A DNA stretch of 64,000 nt, taken from Felis catus (Eukaryota). A program made the position numbers and the translations under genes. Shown here piece by piece: positions 13,764-25,202 of the stretch. Positions within the stretch are counted from its first letter, which is position 1. The number at the start of each line of letters is the position of its first letter. The stretch spans positions 129,954,001-130,018,000 of the forward strand of contig NC_058368.1 in the NCBI RefSeq assembly GCF_018350175.1, written 5' to 3'. Below the pieces are notes generated by a model. The model saw only the letters and a list, made by a program, of their open reading frames with translations, was not told the DNA's origin and ran no database searches.

Positions 13764-13985
13764 GGGGCGCCTGGGTGGCGCAGTCGGTTAAGCGTCCGAC
13801 TTCAGCCAGGTCACGATCTCGCGGTCCGTGAGTTCGAGCCCCGTGTCAGGCTCTGGGCTGATGGCTCAGAGCCTGGAGCCTGTTTCCGATTCTGTGTCTC
13901 CCTCTCTCTCTGCCCCTCCCCCCTTCATGCTCTGTCTCTCTCTGTCCCAAAAATAAATAAACGTTGAAAAAAAAAATTAAAAAAA
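13764..13985 (+). mobile_element. Young felid CAN-SINE with TSD
   Basis: TSD aaaaatagta; nearly identical to the copy at 9573. Confidence 0.95.
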
Positions 13986-14459
13986 AATAGTATATATAAT
14001 ATCTACACTTGAACATTAATTATTATTTAAGAAAACTTTAATATGGTTTCTAAGATAAGTCATTTTACGACTTTTAAAACATTAGACTAGTTGAATCAAG
14101 GTAACAGTTTCCAAAGAGTACTATTTTGGTATAGTTTAAACATATTTAAATTAAAGGCAGTTTACAGTTTCTAAGTTGTAGACATGTTGCTTCACCTGAG
14201 TTATACTTGGCTTAAACTGACCATTTCTAAATGAGTATTTAACTTTATAGAATTTTATTTTCATCCCTTAAAATAGGATGTGTTTTTCTTTTTTACTTCC
14301 AGGTCATATATTTTTTTAATATTTTATAGTATTTTCTTTTATTTGCAAATCGTTGGCCTAAGATCTCAGTAGCTTTTCTGTAGTGAAAATCAGTTCTCAA
14401 TTTTTTGTCTTTCCCAAGAAAAATGTCTTAGAAATGTGTGTGTGTGTGGGGGGGGGGGG

Positions 14460-14650
14460 GGTTGTAACAACTTTATTGACACGTAATCCATAGACCATAC
14501 AATTCACCCACATAAAGGGTACAACTCGGTCATTTTTAGAATTTTTCACGGAGTCTTGCAACCATCACCATAGTTGGTTTTAGAACATTTTCATCACTCC
14601 CATAAGGAAGCCTGTATTCTTTTGCAGTCTTGATTCTGTCATCCCCCCAG
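14460..14650 (-). mobile_element. Short L1 3' end fragment
   Basis: aacaactttattgac...catacaattcaccca...gcaaccatcaccatag...tttagaacattttcatcactcc. Confidence 0.7.
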
Positions 14651-15034
14651 CTCAAGGCCTTAGAGCAAGGGCGGTGAGGGTATTAGGGACAGAGCTGGGT
14701 GGAGAGTAGAACATACATCCTAGAAAGACAGGCCTGCAAGATACCGTTCACTTTTCTTCTCTGCAATGTATCATGCAGTTAATAGTTTCCATCTAACAGT
14801 ATTGCTAAACAATACTGTTAAAGATAAGCTACTAATAGTCATGTGGGGATTTTTTAAAAATCCATTTCACTCCTGCCCAACTTGTCACATGCTGAAAATG
14901 CTAGGATTCAGGTCTTTAAATTGCGATCTAGTCCTAGATGCAGTCCTTACCCTTGCTTGCCTGTTTGTTGCCAGCATTCATGCTTTGCTTATTCAGTCAT
15001 TTATTGGTTCAGGAGACATTACTAAATATGAGTG

Positions 15035-15608
15035 CATCGTTAGTAGGTCCTGAGTGCTTTAAGTAAAGTGCAGGTTTATTTTTATTTAGATATGGCGAGG
15101 CCATCAGATCAGGGGAAATGACCATTGAAAGATGGTTTGTCTTTAGCAGTTCCCAAGGGGAGGATGCACTCCACACCACACAGAGCCACAGGGAAGCACC
15201 AGGTTGGTCTGGAGGCACAGGGAGTTGTGGGCATGAACCTTTCTTGTGGTTTCCATGGGAAGGAATGGGAAAGCGAGGGCGAGGAGGTTTAGGATGGGAA
15301 GTTTAGTCTGGGCTAGTTTAAATAATTTCAGTAGGCTCTAGGGTGTAGGCACTTTTGCCACTTGTGTGTTACCTGGCCCTTTGGTGATTAGAGCAGGGGG
15401 ATAGTGGCTCTAAGTTTAAGAGCCTGATGAAAGAAGTAGTGGAGTATGGGCTCTGGATCAGATGGTTTGCATATGGAATGTATGTCGGAAGGCAGTCATT
15501 TACTATCTCTAGGAATTGGCTAGCCCTGGGAGGGGCATTCTTTCCAGGGTCATCAAGATCGCATCTGTCAAACCATCAGCATACAGAAAATAACCCATGA
15601 TTAATACA
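15035..15608 (-). mobile_element. MER74/MER73-like (ERVL) solo LTR
   Basis: Reverse strand starts tgtattaatcatg...gcccctcccagggctagccaattcctagagatagtaaa, as recalled for this family; minus-strand AATAAA near the 3' end. Confidence 0.65.
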
Positions 15609-17626
15609 CTGAGTATTAATCAACTTTTGTTCTTAACACCACGCTTAACACCTTAGGGGGTACACAGTAAGTTTATTGAATGAATGAAGAATGAATGTAA
15701 TACTTAGACTACAGTCATGGGCCATTTTTTCTCCCAACTAAATACATTTTTCTGAACTTCCAAAGAATGTTTGTGCCTGAAAAATTGAGCCAATTTGATT
15801 TCTCAGTTTGTCAGTCCTGGTAGGAAGCGTAGCATACTTTTTGGTCAGTGTATAAAGTACTACTTGAGGTAGATAGATCATTCTTCACTTTTGCCCTATT
15901 AGCACACCTAATTTAGCAGACTTAAAAAGGAAAGTTTGTAGATTTGTAGATTTGTTGTGTTGTTGCAAATTAGGGGTTCTTTGAATGGAACTACTTAGGA
16001 ATATTTTAATGTGTTAAATTAATTGTATATATAAATTTTGTTATCTGCCTGTCAATACCCTTTCCAAGAGTATAAAATGAATCTAGATGTATTTACTTTG
16101 AAAAGGATGTATATTTAACATTTAAATTAGTCATTTGAGCATTAAATATGTTTTTATAAATTCAGAAAAGAGGTAGTGTGAGATTGTGGGATTTGGAATT
16201 AAGGTTTCATTCTAACACTTGGGAAAAGTGAGTCTCTCTGAAAACCAGTTTATATAATGAATAAGATAATTTATACTGTTCTGTAGTGCTACAATTAAAA
16301 TATGTATATGATATACAAAGAGTATAATTAAATTCTAAGCCATTTAACAAACATTAAATAAATGCTGAAAATCTTTGTGCATCGTTAATTGTTTTCATTG
16401 TAATGCTAGTTAATTTTGAAATGAAAAGCTATTAGTGGACATGTTTGTTTATACTAATTATCTGTGTCAATTTCAAAAAGATGAGAGTCTTCAAGATTGA
16501 TTGTTTCTAAAGTTGATTAATCAAAATCTCAGTTGCTAGTGGATTGCTCATTCTATTGGGCTGGATTAGAGTGATGGGTAATTTTACTTATTTATGTATT
16601 TATTTTGAGTGATAGGTAATTAAAACACCAGATTCCTATACATTGTATAGGTCTGATTTTATAAATGGGTTCCTGATAGTAGGTTGAGCTATTATGGGAA
16701 GTCAAGTTACCAATTAAAGTTACATTGTCTCTGTTGCGACAGAAAAGCTGTATAAGTTTCTGTATCAAACTGTACAGTCCAGATAAGAGAGGCCAATTTG
16801 AGAAGACTGATGGGAAACATACTTTTCCTCTACTTCTTGTGTGAAATTGATAAGATGATCAAGTCGTGGTATTTCAGGTGTGCATATTCCACTAAGTTTA
16901 GAGTGGGAGTGGCTGAAAGCACCCTTAGTGATAACTCTACCCCTTAGAGTTGAATGATCATTCTCCCTCCCTTTCCATGAAATTTAACTGAACATCTCTG
17001 CAATGCTAGATGGTGAGATTACCGTGAGGAGCAAAACAGATGCAGTCCTTACCCTTGTGGAACTTAAAGTGTAGGGTTTTCATTTTGTGTGTGTGTGCGA
17101 GTGATGGTTGCTCTTATTATTAATTTTTTCGTCAAGATTTGCTTGAACTGATTTCTAATGTAGTGTGTATTATCTCAATATAAAGAAGTTTTTGCAAAGG
17201 GCAGTAAGGTGTCCCTGGGAAAGTTGTTTAGAAATTTTATATTGTCAGAGTCGAACATAAAATGAGCAATCGTTACAGGATGTATTGAATGGTGATTCTT
17301 TACTTCTCTCTCATTGTTAGATAAGGAAAATAAAACATGTGTAAGAGTACTTGGGAATTTCAGGACCTTGCCTGGTGAGGTTCTACTCCCTGTCTTCCCT
17401 TTGACTATATGGTTTACAAATGGGATATATACCCTTGGCTTTTCAAAAAATAATCTTTGGCTTATGAATGTTTTCCTTTGTATGCAATCCAGTATAGTTT
17501 GTAGTAATGACTGGTTATGATCATTTCATTTCATCTGGGAGAACCCCTCTGTGATTCAGCTTTTAATGATTTTGTCATTCGACTAGGCTGTGCATATGTA
17601 TTTTTTTGGGTCTTGCTGTGAATTTA

Positions 17627-17857
17627 TTTTTTTTTTTAAATTTTTTTTTTCCCAATGTTTTTATTTATTTTTGGGACAGAGAGAGACAGAGCATGAACGG
17701 GGGAGGGGCAGAGAGAGAGGGAGACACAGAATCGGAAACAGGCTCCAGGCTCTGAGCCATCAGCCCAGAGCCTGACGCGGGGCTCGAACTCATGGACCGC
17801 GAGATCGTGACCTGGCTGAAGTCGGCCGCTTAACCAACTGCGCCACCCAGGCGCCCC
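17627..17857 (-). mobile_element. Young felid CAN-SINE with TSD
   Basis: TSD tcttgctgtgaattta. Confidence 0.95.
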
Positions 17858-20079
17858 TCTTGCTGTGAATTTATAGGCTGGTCTTCTTTGCAGACATAAA
17901 TTGAATAAGATATCTACTTTTGAGCTGATTAATATTCATAAACTGAATTTTGTTAGCTGTAATCTAGCAGAAGTTGGAGGATGTAGACAAGGTGGTTTAA
18001 GAAGATGAACGATGGATGCCATAATCACAGGTTCACTGCCTTTATCTGTATACAAAGCAGTTTTGAGGAAAAAAGAGGTAAATGACTTATTCCTGGGCTT
18101 GCTGATTTTGTTGTTATTGTTGAAGGGTTATAATCCTTTTAAAAACTTCTTTTTTAAAGCTGAACGTGAATTTGTTTTTCTGTCAGTGCTTCGAAATCCC
18201 TTTGTCCCTCCCTTCTTACCCCCAAAATGTCAACCCTTTGTAAAGTATTTTGAAGTGTTTTTGTCCCCTTACCTTAGAATTTGAATGGAAATAGTCCATT
18301 TTGGTTTTTGTTTCCAGTAAAAATCCACTTTACTCTTAAAACGTAGCAGAACTAAAATGCCCCCACCTTCCTTTCCTGATATAAAGCCTGCGGTACTGAT
18401 AAAACAAACATTCAGCAGTATTTTTAAAATTCTGATAATGTGCTGGAGCACCCTGCTGTGCAGTGGTGATAGGTGCCACTGCACCTTGAGGGTGCTGGTG
18501 GGCATACTGGTCAGTGTACCCTTGCACCTTAGAACGACTCTTTGTGTCTTCTGTCTCCTGTCCTAACTACTAGGGAAAGCTCTTGAATGCTTGTGAATAT
18601 GGGACTACACTCTCCATATCTTCTGTATCTAGGACCAGTGCCCTGTCTACAAATTAAAGGTTTCTGACAAACTGGTTTCATAAGGTGGCCCTCATCTCAC
18701 ACTCAGCACTCTTAACTGATCAGCAACCATTGTATAGCAGTAAACTTATTTTAAACATCACGCGCAGGAGACCAAACTATAGTCAAATAAGAGGACTCTA
18801 AAGGTGCAGGATCTCAAACTGTTTTAGAATGAGATTAAGAGAAGTTTATGAATGAGAATGAGCTATTGGGTGCACGCCCTCAAAGTGGCTGAAGCCGTAA
18901 AGGAAAATAATTGTCCCAGAGCAGCTAGCTCCAGCAAGGGGACAAAAGGAGTACAGTCACGAGTCCTGTGTACTTCCTGGTGTTTCTTGTGCAGCCAGTA
19001 TACCTCTGTCGCTTGAGGAGCATCGTACTTTGGCAGATTCTTTCCTTGAACTGCTTTCACTCCATACAGCAGTTTCAGAGAGAAAAAGACATGGTGTGAT
19101 GGAGAGGAAAGCTAAATTTGGGTTAGGTGTTTGCTCCACCTCCTGTTGATGTGACGTCGGACCCGTTTTCGCTTTCTGGTTCTTAATTTTTTTCATGTCT
19201 CCTGTGAGGCAGTAGTACTAACCAGCAGCTCTGGGTTATTTGGAGGCTAAATTGGACATTGTATATACCATGCCCATTAAAATGTTGAAGGCATAGAGTG
19301 TTAAATGGTAAGTGGTGAAATATTAGTCTTTCAATCATTGCTCTAATCTTATCTATTAATACTGCTAATACTAATTTTATTACTATCAGTCACTTTGACC
19401 AAGTGTGTGAAGGTAGCAATTTAGGCTTTCCTGAAGCTGTCCATCATTTACTGTGAGGCTTTCTCCCATTCATATTGTTTCCATGTGATGCCTGCTGACA
19501 CTCTTCATTTTTCTTGTTCATTCGTCATTGCTGTTGCCTCCATTTCACCTTTCAGAAATTGGCAGGCTTTCAGCCCAGGAAGAAGCTTTCATTGGCCCAT
19601 CTTTATGCAGTGGTTGTATAGAGTTGATCCTTAGTTTGTATTTGCCAGACATTTACAATAATCGTTGAATGTGCAGCCAGACAGCAGCATGTGCTACTTC
19701 AGTTAGCACTCACTGGTGATTGAGCCCTTAAACCCCCATATTTATTACAAGTCATGGAAAAAGGTTTAGAGTAGAGGCTATAGGTTGAAGGGAAACTAGA
19801 GAAAGAGGGTAGAATTATAGGTGGTAAAAGGGCTCCAGTTTGGTTGCTTTACCTGAAATCTTTGCCATCCTTTGACATTTTTTATTTGTCTTCCATTTTT
19901 TTTTATTTGTGAAACTCCTTCCACTTTCTCTGCCTACAGGTGATTTCTGCCTTCTTGAAATGTTTTTACTGAATCATACATTCATTGTTGTGTAGCGCTT
20001 GCTCTGCTTCTATGCTTGCATTTTACATATCTCACCTCCTGGGCTTTTTGGAGGTTAGCCCCATGTGTTGAGTGAGAAC

Positions 20080-20300
20080 ATACAGTGAAAGGCTTAAGGT
20101 CCAGGCCCTGGGACCACACTGGGTGGATGTGAATCCTGGCTTTTGGATTCACTGTGTGACCTTGAACAAGGTATTTAACACATTTCTATCCTAATCTATA
20201 AAATAGAGCTAAACTGTTGGATTGTTTTGTGTGTTAAGTGACCTAATACATGTAAAATACTTAGACCAATGCCTAGGAAGTGGTATATACTCAGTAAATC
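20080..20300. mobile_element. MIR-like SINE
   Basis: gaatcctggct...actgtgtgaccttgaacaaggtatttaac...ctataaaatag core. Confidence 0.65.
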
Positions 20301-21829
20301 AATTCTGCCTATGGTGATGATAATGGTGTACACGTTTTTGTTGTTACTGTTTTTTTTTTTTTTTTCCTCTGCTTAACACCAGACATAGGGTACTTGCTTA
20401 TAGAATAGCCTGCATGGTATTATTGTAATGAGTATGTCAACTGAACATTCATTGTCTTATAGGACCCCTTTGAGCTCCTTCAGATCAGGGACCAGATGTT
20501 GTTTATCTTTAGTACCCTTATAATCTAGCACAATGTTTGACACATTAGTGGGCTTTCAGTAATTTACTGAATTGGATATATTTGATGGGGATAATGTAAC
20601 CAGTTCACTGTGCTCTGCTCAATATTGGACACTTCTGAACACCCAGTTACTCATGTCAGAAACTTGGAAATTGTCTTTGATAACATTACCTCTCAGCATC
20701 CTCATTTAATCTGTCACCAAAGCAGTAACTTTTAAGATCTATACGATCTATAAGACCAGAACTTTTAAGATCTGTAAGATCAGTAGCTACATAACATAGG
20801 TGGTTATATATTGAAAAGATAGTAATAGAATAATTGTTCTTTTATTTATGCCTTCTTGTACTTGTAATGGAATTTCTAAATGGAAAAGAAAATAGATTTG
20901 TACTGATACCTGAAGTAGGAGGTTATTTGAAGGCAGTATTAATGAAGGTTCTACAAGAGGTGTGAGAGGAAAAATCATTCACTGAGTCAATTTCCTGGGG
21001 GAAAAAGGAGGAAGCCCTTTTAGGAGGCTGAGTGTCCTGTTCAGCAATAGTTCTAATGAAAATCACTAGGAATCAGAAAAGGAATATGAGGACCCATTTT
21101 GATGTATTATTCTAGAGCAAAATCAAATGTCGCAGTTCAAATTGGGGAGGATTATTATCCCTTGGAGATGATATGAAGATTTCACCAGAGGATTGACAGC
21201 TAATGAGAAGATTTTAAATTACCTTAACAATATGAATTGGCTGTGAAATAATACTAATTAAAGCAGGGGGAATATACCTTCCAATAAGTGCAGTGGGAAG
21301 CTGGGAAAGTTGAGTTCTAATCTAAAACTTTAGTGGCCAGTTTTGCCATTAATTAGTGATGTGCTCAATACCAAGTAAGATGAGGAGGTCTCTGAATTCT
21401 GTTACTCTATCACCCTTTTGTGAGGTTTTGATTTCTGTGTTCTTCTGTAGGTGTGATCACTTGTTTCTAACAGCTGCAGCCCCTATGAACAGAAAGGCTA
21501 AACTTTGTTTTTCTGGATATTAGATTTTTGCTGGATATCATCCTGAGACCTATGATGTATTGTTTAGAGTTATTGTTGGTTGTAGTCACTTTAAGTTTAC
21601 CTCAGTTTGTACAATATGAGAAATACAAAATGTATTTTATTTTGTCACTTTTATTTAGTGTGTAATTTGCATTTTATTTCTAAGACCTAATAAGAATAAA
21701 TAGTTTTGTCTGCTTTGGATATTTCTGGAATGGAGGACAAAAATTAATGTTCTGATCTTATTACCTTGTAATTTTTCCTCTAAATTTTTCTTTGTTTTTG
21801 ATGGACCATTTCTCTGACTTCTTCCAAAC

Positions 21830-22368
21830 TGTAGGAGAGGAAAAAGTTTTCCTCCATTGTCTCATACTCTGTGGCTGCATTTGAAAATTAAACTGACAAA
21901 GACAAGATAACAGGAGAAAAGCATACAAATTTAAGTTTTTCATGACACAGAAGCCTTCAAAAGGAAATGAAGATCCCGAGGGATTTGTTAAACCTGTGTG
22001 TTTTTATGCTAGATTTGATGCAGAGTGGAAAGTTGTGGAAAGATAATGATAGGGCACCGGGTATGAAGTAAGTGTAGCAAACTGGAAATTTTGCAAGGCC
22101 TGTTTGTTTGGATTCTTCTCACAGTTCTCTTTGTCTTTGGAGATAAGGATGCTCCTTTTCTCCCACCATAGTGGAGGGCACCTCTCACATGAAGTTTTCA
22201 TGACCTCATCCAAGAGTGAAGGACAGATGATAATGGGGTGGGACTGGGTGTAGGGAAGGTCACAGAGAGTCCTTCTTGCTTCTCCCTTTTTCTCATACTC
22301 CTTCAGTTTAGAATATTCAGTATGTCAGGGTGCTGTATTTTGGGGTAGGGTGTCCTGAATCCCATCCT
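21830..22368 (-). mobile_element. MER34-like ERV1 solo LTR
   Basis: Reverse strand ...gggattcaggacaccctaccccaaaatacagcacc... ending ...tttcctctcctaca. Confidence 0.6.
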
Positions 22369-22647
22369 AACTCTTTAAGTTGTATGACGCAATTGAAAAC
22401 TCCATGAGATAGATGTACTTCATTGTACTTTGTGTGTTTTGGAAAATACTAAACACGAAGCCGACTTGAGAAATCTAGCTCTTATTCCATCTTTACCTCT
22501 AATTCGTGTCATCTCTCTGTCATTTGGAATTTTTGGTGGTGGTTTTCTAATTGCTTTATCCACTCAATAGCAATAACAATAGCCAGCCACAAAAGATAGT
22601 TGTGAGAAATGTAAATCATTTTGAGAAAAAATCTGTTACCCAGTATT

Positions 22648-23222
22648 GTTACAGGATTTTTTACCTCAATCCCCGGCGTCCGTTGTTTTGTCACTTCAAA
22701 GAATGAAGAGGTGGACACAAGATGAGCAGCAGGCAAAAGTTTATTAGAGTATAAGCTCAGAAAGGAAGAATAATAGGAAAGTTCTCTCTACAGGGAGGGG
22801 ACATTCAAAGGTGAATAACCCACATTTACAGGCAAGGGTCCTTGTTTTATAAGGTTCTGGTCAGCACCCCGTTTTCTTCCACCTCGTTCATTCTCAGATT
22901 CTGTCCGTGCTAGCTGGATAACTCTAGGCGCTGGGATGTCCATTCCTGATTGGCTCGGCTCCATTGTGTAAGGAGTTAGACTGGTCATATTGTCCCATGT
23001 ATAACGTAAGTTTTATGGTTTAGCTAGGTATTTTTATTGTCAAATTCCTGAGGGGAACCTGAGGGGACCAGGTTATATTCTTAAGAGGGGCCTTATACCC
23101 TTAGGGGTTTGCTGTGGTAAACCGCTCCCAGCATTGTTCCAAAATATGTGTTTTTCCCCACCCAGGGACCTCAGGTCCTAACCTTTCCCTCTCTGCCTAT
23201 TTTATCCTATCTTTCCCTATTA
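22648..23222 (-). mobile_element. ERV1-type solo LTR, probably carnivore-specific
   Basis: About 575-nt GC-richer block starting tgtta; minus-strand AATAAA near 22740 and CCAAT near 22950; possible TSD agtat. Confidence 0.6.
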
Positions 23223-23549
23223 TAGTATATATTTATATTCCCTATTATAGTATATACTATCTATCTATCTATCCACGCTATTAGGTATATATTTAATATG
23301 GAAATAATTCATATTATTATATGAAGTAATTGTCTTGATCTGAAAAATGGTCTAGTATCAAAAGGGAGTTATTTATGCCTTCTTTTTACTACTACTACTA
23401 TTACTATTACTATTACTACTGATTTTTGAACTGTATTGTCAGAGCATTGGTAATATTAATGACAGAATTAGAAAATCTAAACAACGAGCTTTATGGAAAA
23501 TTAATGACTAAACAAATAATGTAAACAATTTATACTTAATTCTTTATAT

Positions 23550-23771
23550 TTAATTTTTTTTAACGTTTATTTTTGAGAGAGAGAGAGAGAAAGAAAGAGA
23601 CAGAGTGCAAACCGGGGATGGGCAGAGAGAGAGGGAAACAAAATCTGAAGCAGGCTTCAGGCTGTAAGCTGTCAGCACAGAGCCGGACCCAGGGCTCCAA
23701 CTCACAAACAGCAAGATCATGACCTGAGCTGAAGTCGTACACTGAACTGACTGAGCCACAGAGGTGCTCCT
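23550..23771 (-). mobile_element. CAN-SINE
   Basis: Antisense body with (GA)n and T tail. Confidence 0.9.
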
Positions 23772-23851
23772 ATAGTTAACTCTTTAAATCATTACCTTAA
23801 AATATTACAGTATACATAGATTTTTACTGTAAAAGATTCACACTATTTCAG

Positions 23852-23853
<2 letters not shown>

Positions 23854-23883
<30 letters not shown>
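23854..23883. repeat. (GT)n microsatellite
   Basis: About 15 perfect GT units. Confidence 0.95.
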
Positions 23884-23885
<2 letters not shown>

Positions 23886-24409
23886 TTGAAAAGTCATTAA
23901 ACGGCTTCTTTTACTTTCCCCAACTTTTCTTGCCACAGGTAATCTTTGCCAGTAATTTGGTATGCAACTTTATATCATTTTTCAATGCAAGGCATATACC
24001 TTAATAAATTAAGATGCTAGTTGGTGGTATTCAGTATTCTTATACCCAAAAATCTCTTTGAAAAATTAAAAAGGAAGAGCACAGAGGTTAGTGTAAGGAC
24101 ATTTGTGTTCACCATTCTAAATTGCTTAATTGTTTTTGCTACCTGTTTTTTTTTAAAGGAATAAAAGTTGAAGTCTGTAATATGTATTCAAAACAATGTA
24201 AATATTTTATGCTAAATTCACCAAAATTATGTTAGTCTGTTTACATCTTAACTCATTTTTCCTACTCAGTAGCTATCTGTTGCTGATGCCTGAAGTTTGT
24301 TCATTTTGAATATTTACAATTTTCAGGTATCCTTTTAAAAAACATTTTTTAAATTCTAAGATGTTTAGGTATGTGCATTAGTAAATCTCAAATTAATGGT
24401 TTCTGAAAA

Positions 24410-24705
24410 AAATAAGTTCCTGAGATTTTCTTTCAACAATACCTTTGAAACATAGATAAAATTACTTCCTGTCTCTCAGTTTCCTGTATCCATGGTAACT
24501 TGTTTTACTCACTGACTCTGGAGGAACCCATGTGAAGAGTGGTGTTTCCTGAGCAAACTGTGACTTAAAAAAAAAAAAAAAGGGGAGTGGGGGGAGGTCA
24601 ACAGTGCCACAGAAAGAGATGGAGCTTAGAAATGTCGCTCTTCAGATTTAGAAAGCAAACCTTTACTTGAATCAGCCGGGTGTCAATAATATGAATTTCC
24701 TGTTC
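24410..24705 (+). promoter_or_regulatory. Putative LRRC70 promoter with ETS/GATA/SOX motif cluster
   Basis: TTCCTG at 24417, 24466, 24481, 24546 and 24697; AGATAA at 24454; AACAAT at 24435; no CpG island. Confidence 0.55.
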
Positions 24706-24708
24706 TTG
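24480..24708 (+). other. LRRC70: Probable LRRC70 non-coding first exon (5' end uncertain)
   Basis: Good donor TTG|gtaaga at 24709, 483 nt upstream of the acceptor tttttttatag| at 25191; unique sequence next to a motif cluster. Confidence 0.65.
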
Positions 24709-25202
24709 GTAAGATTATGTATTTAAATATGAATTTTTAGCTGAAACGAAAAGTAATTTGATTTTGTGAAAAGCTGTAGTTTTGTTGTTTTGTAATGAAT
24801 TTGTATTTTCGTAAATTATAGTGTTATTTAATTGATATTACCTTAATTTGAAAAGGGACAAATTCTTTTCAAAGACCATTTTCCTTACGTCATCATTTGT
24901 TATTTTTGTTATTGTTAATTATAATATTTTAAATTGGCTTAGCAAACATTTTGCAGTTCGTTCAATTTGAATTACCATTTTGTCAAGCAGTGGGTTAATG
25001 GCCTGGAGGTATTAATTCTAGAACCCACTCCAAACTCATTATTTTATGCTATCACCATAGTAGGATTTATGATACCTAGTATTATTGGCTGATGTTAATA
25101 AAAATAAGCGAGATACAGACTTTTTAGTATTGTAAAACTTTGATTTGGAGAACTTTTTGATGATTTAAAGTTTTACCTTCTTTTTTTATAGCCAATTCTG
25201 AT

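Noticed and set aside
20900..21330. Purine-rich coding-like stretch
   Set aside because: No sustained ORF; possibly an ancient CR1/L3 remnant, but I cannot support a call
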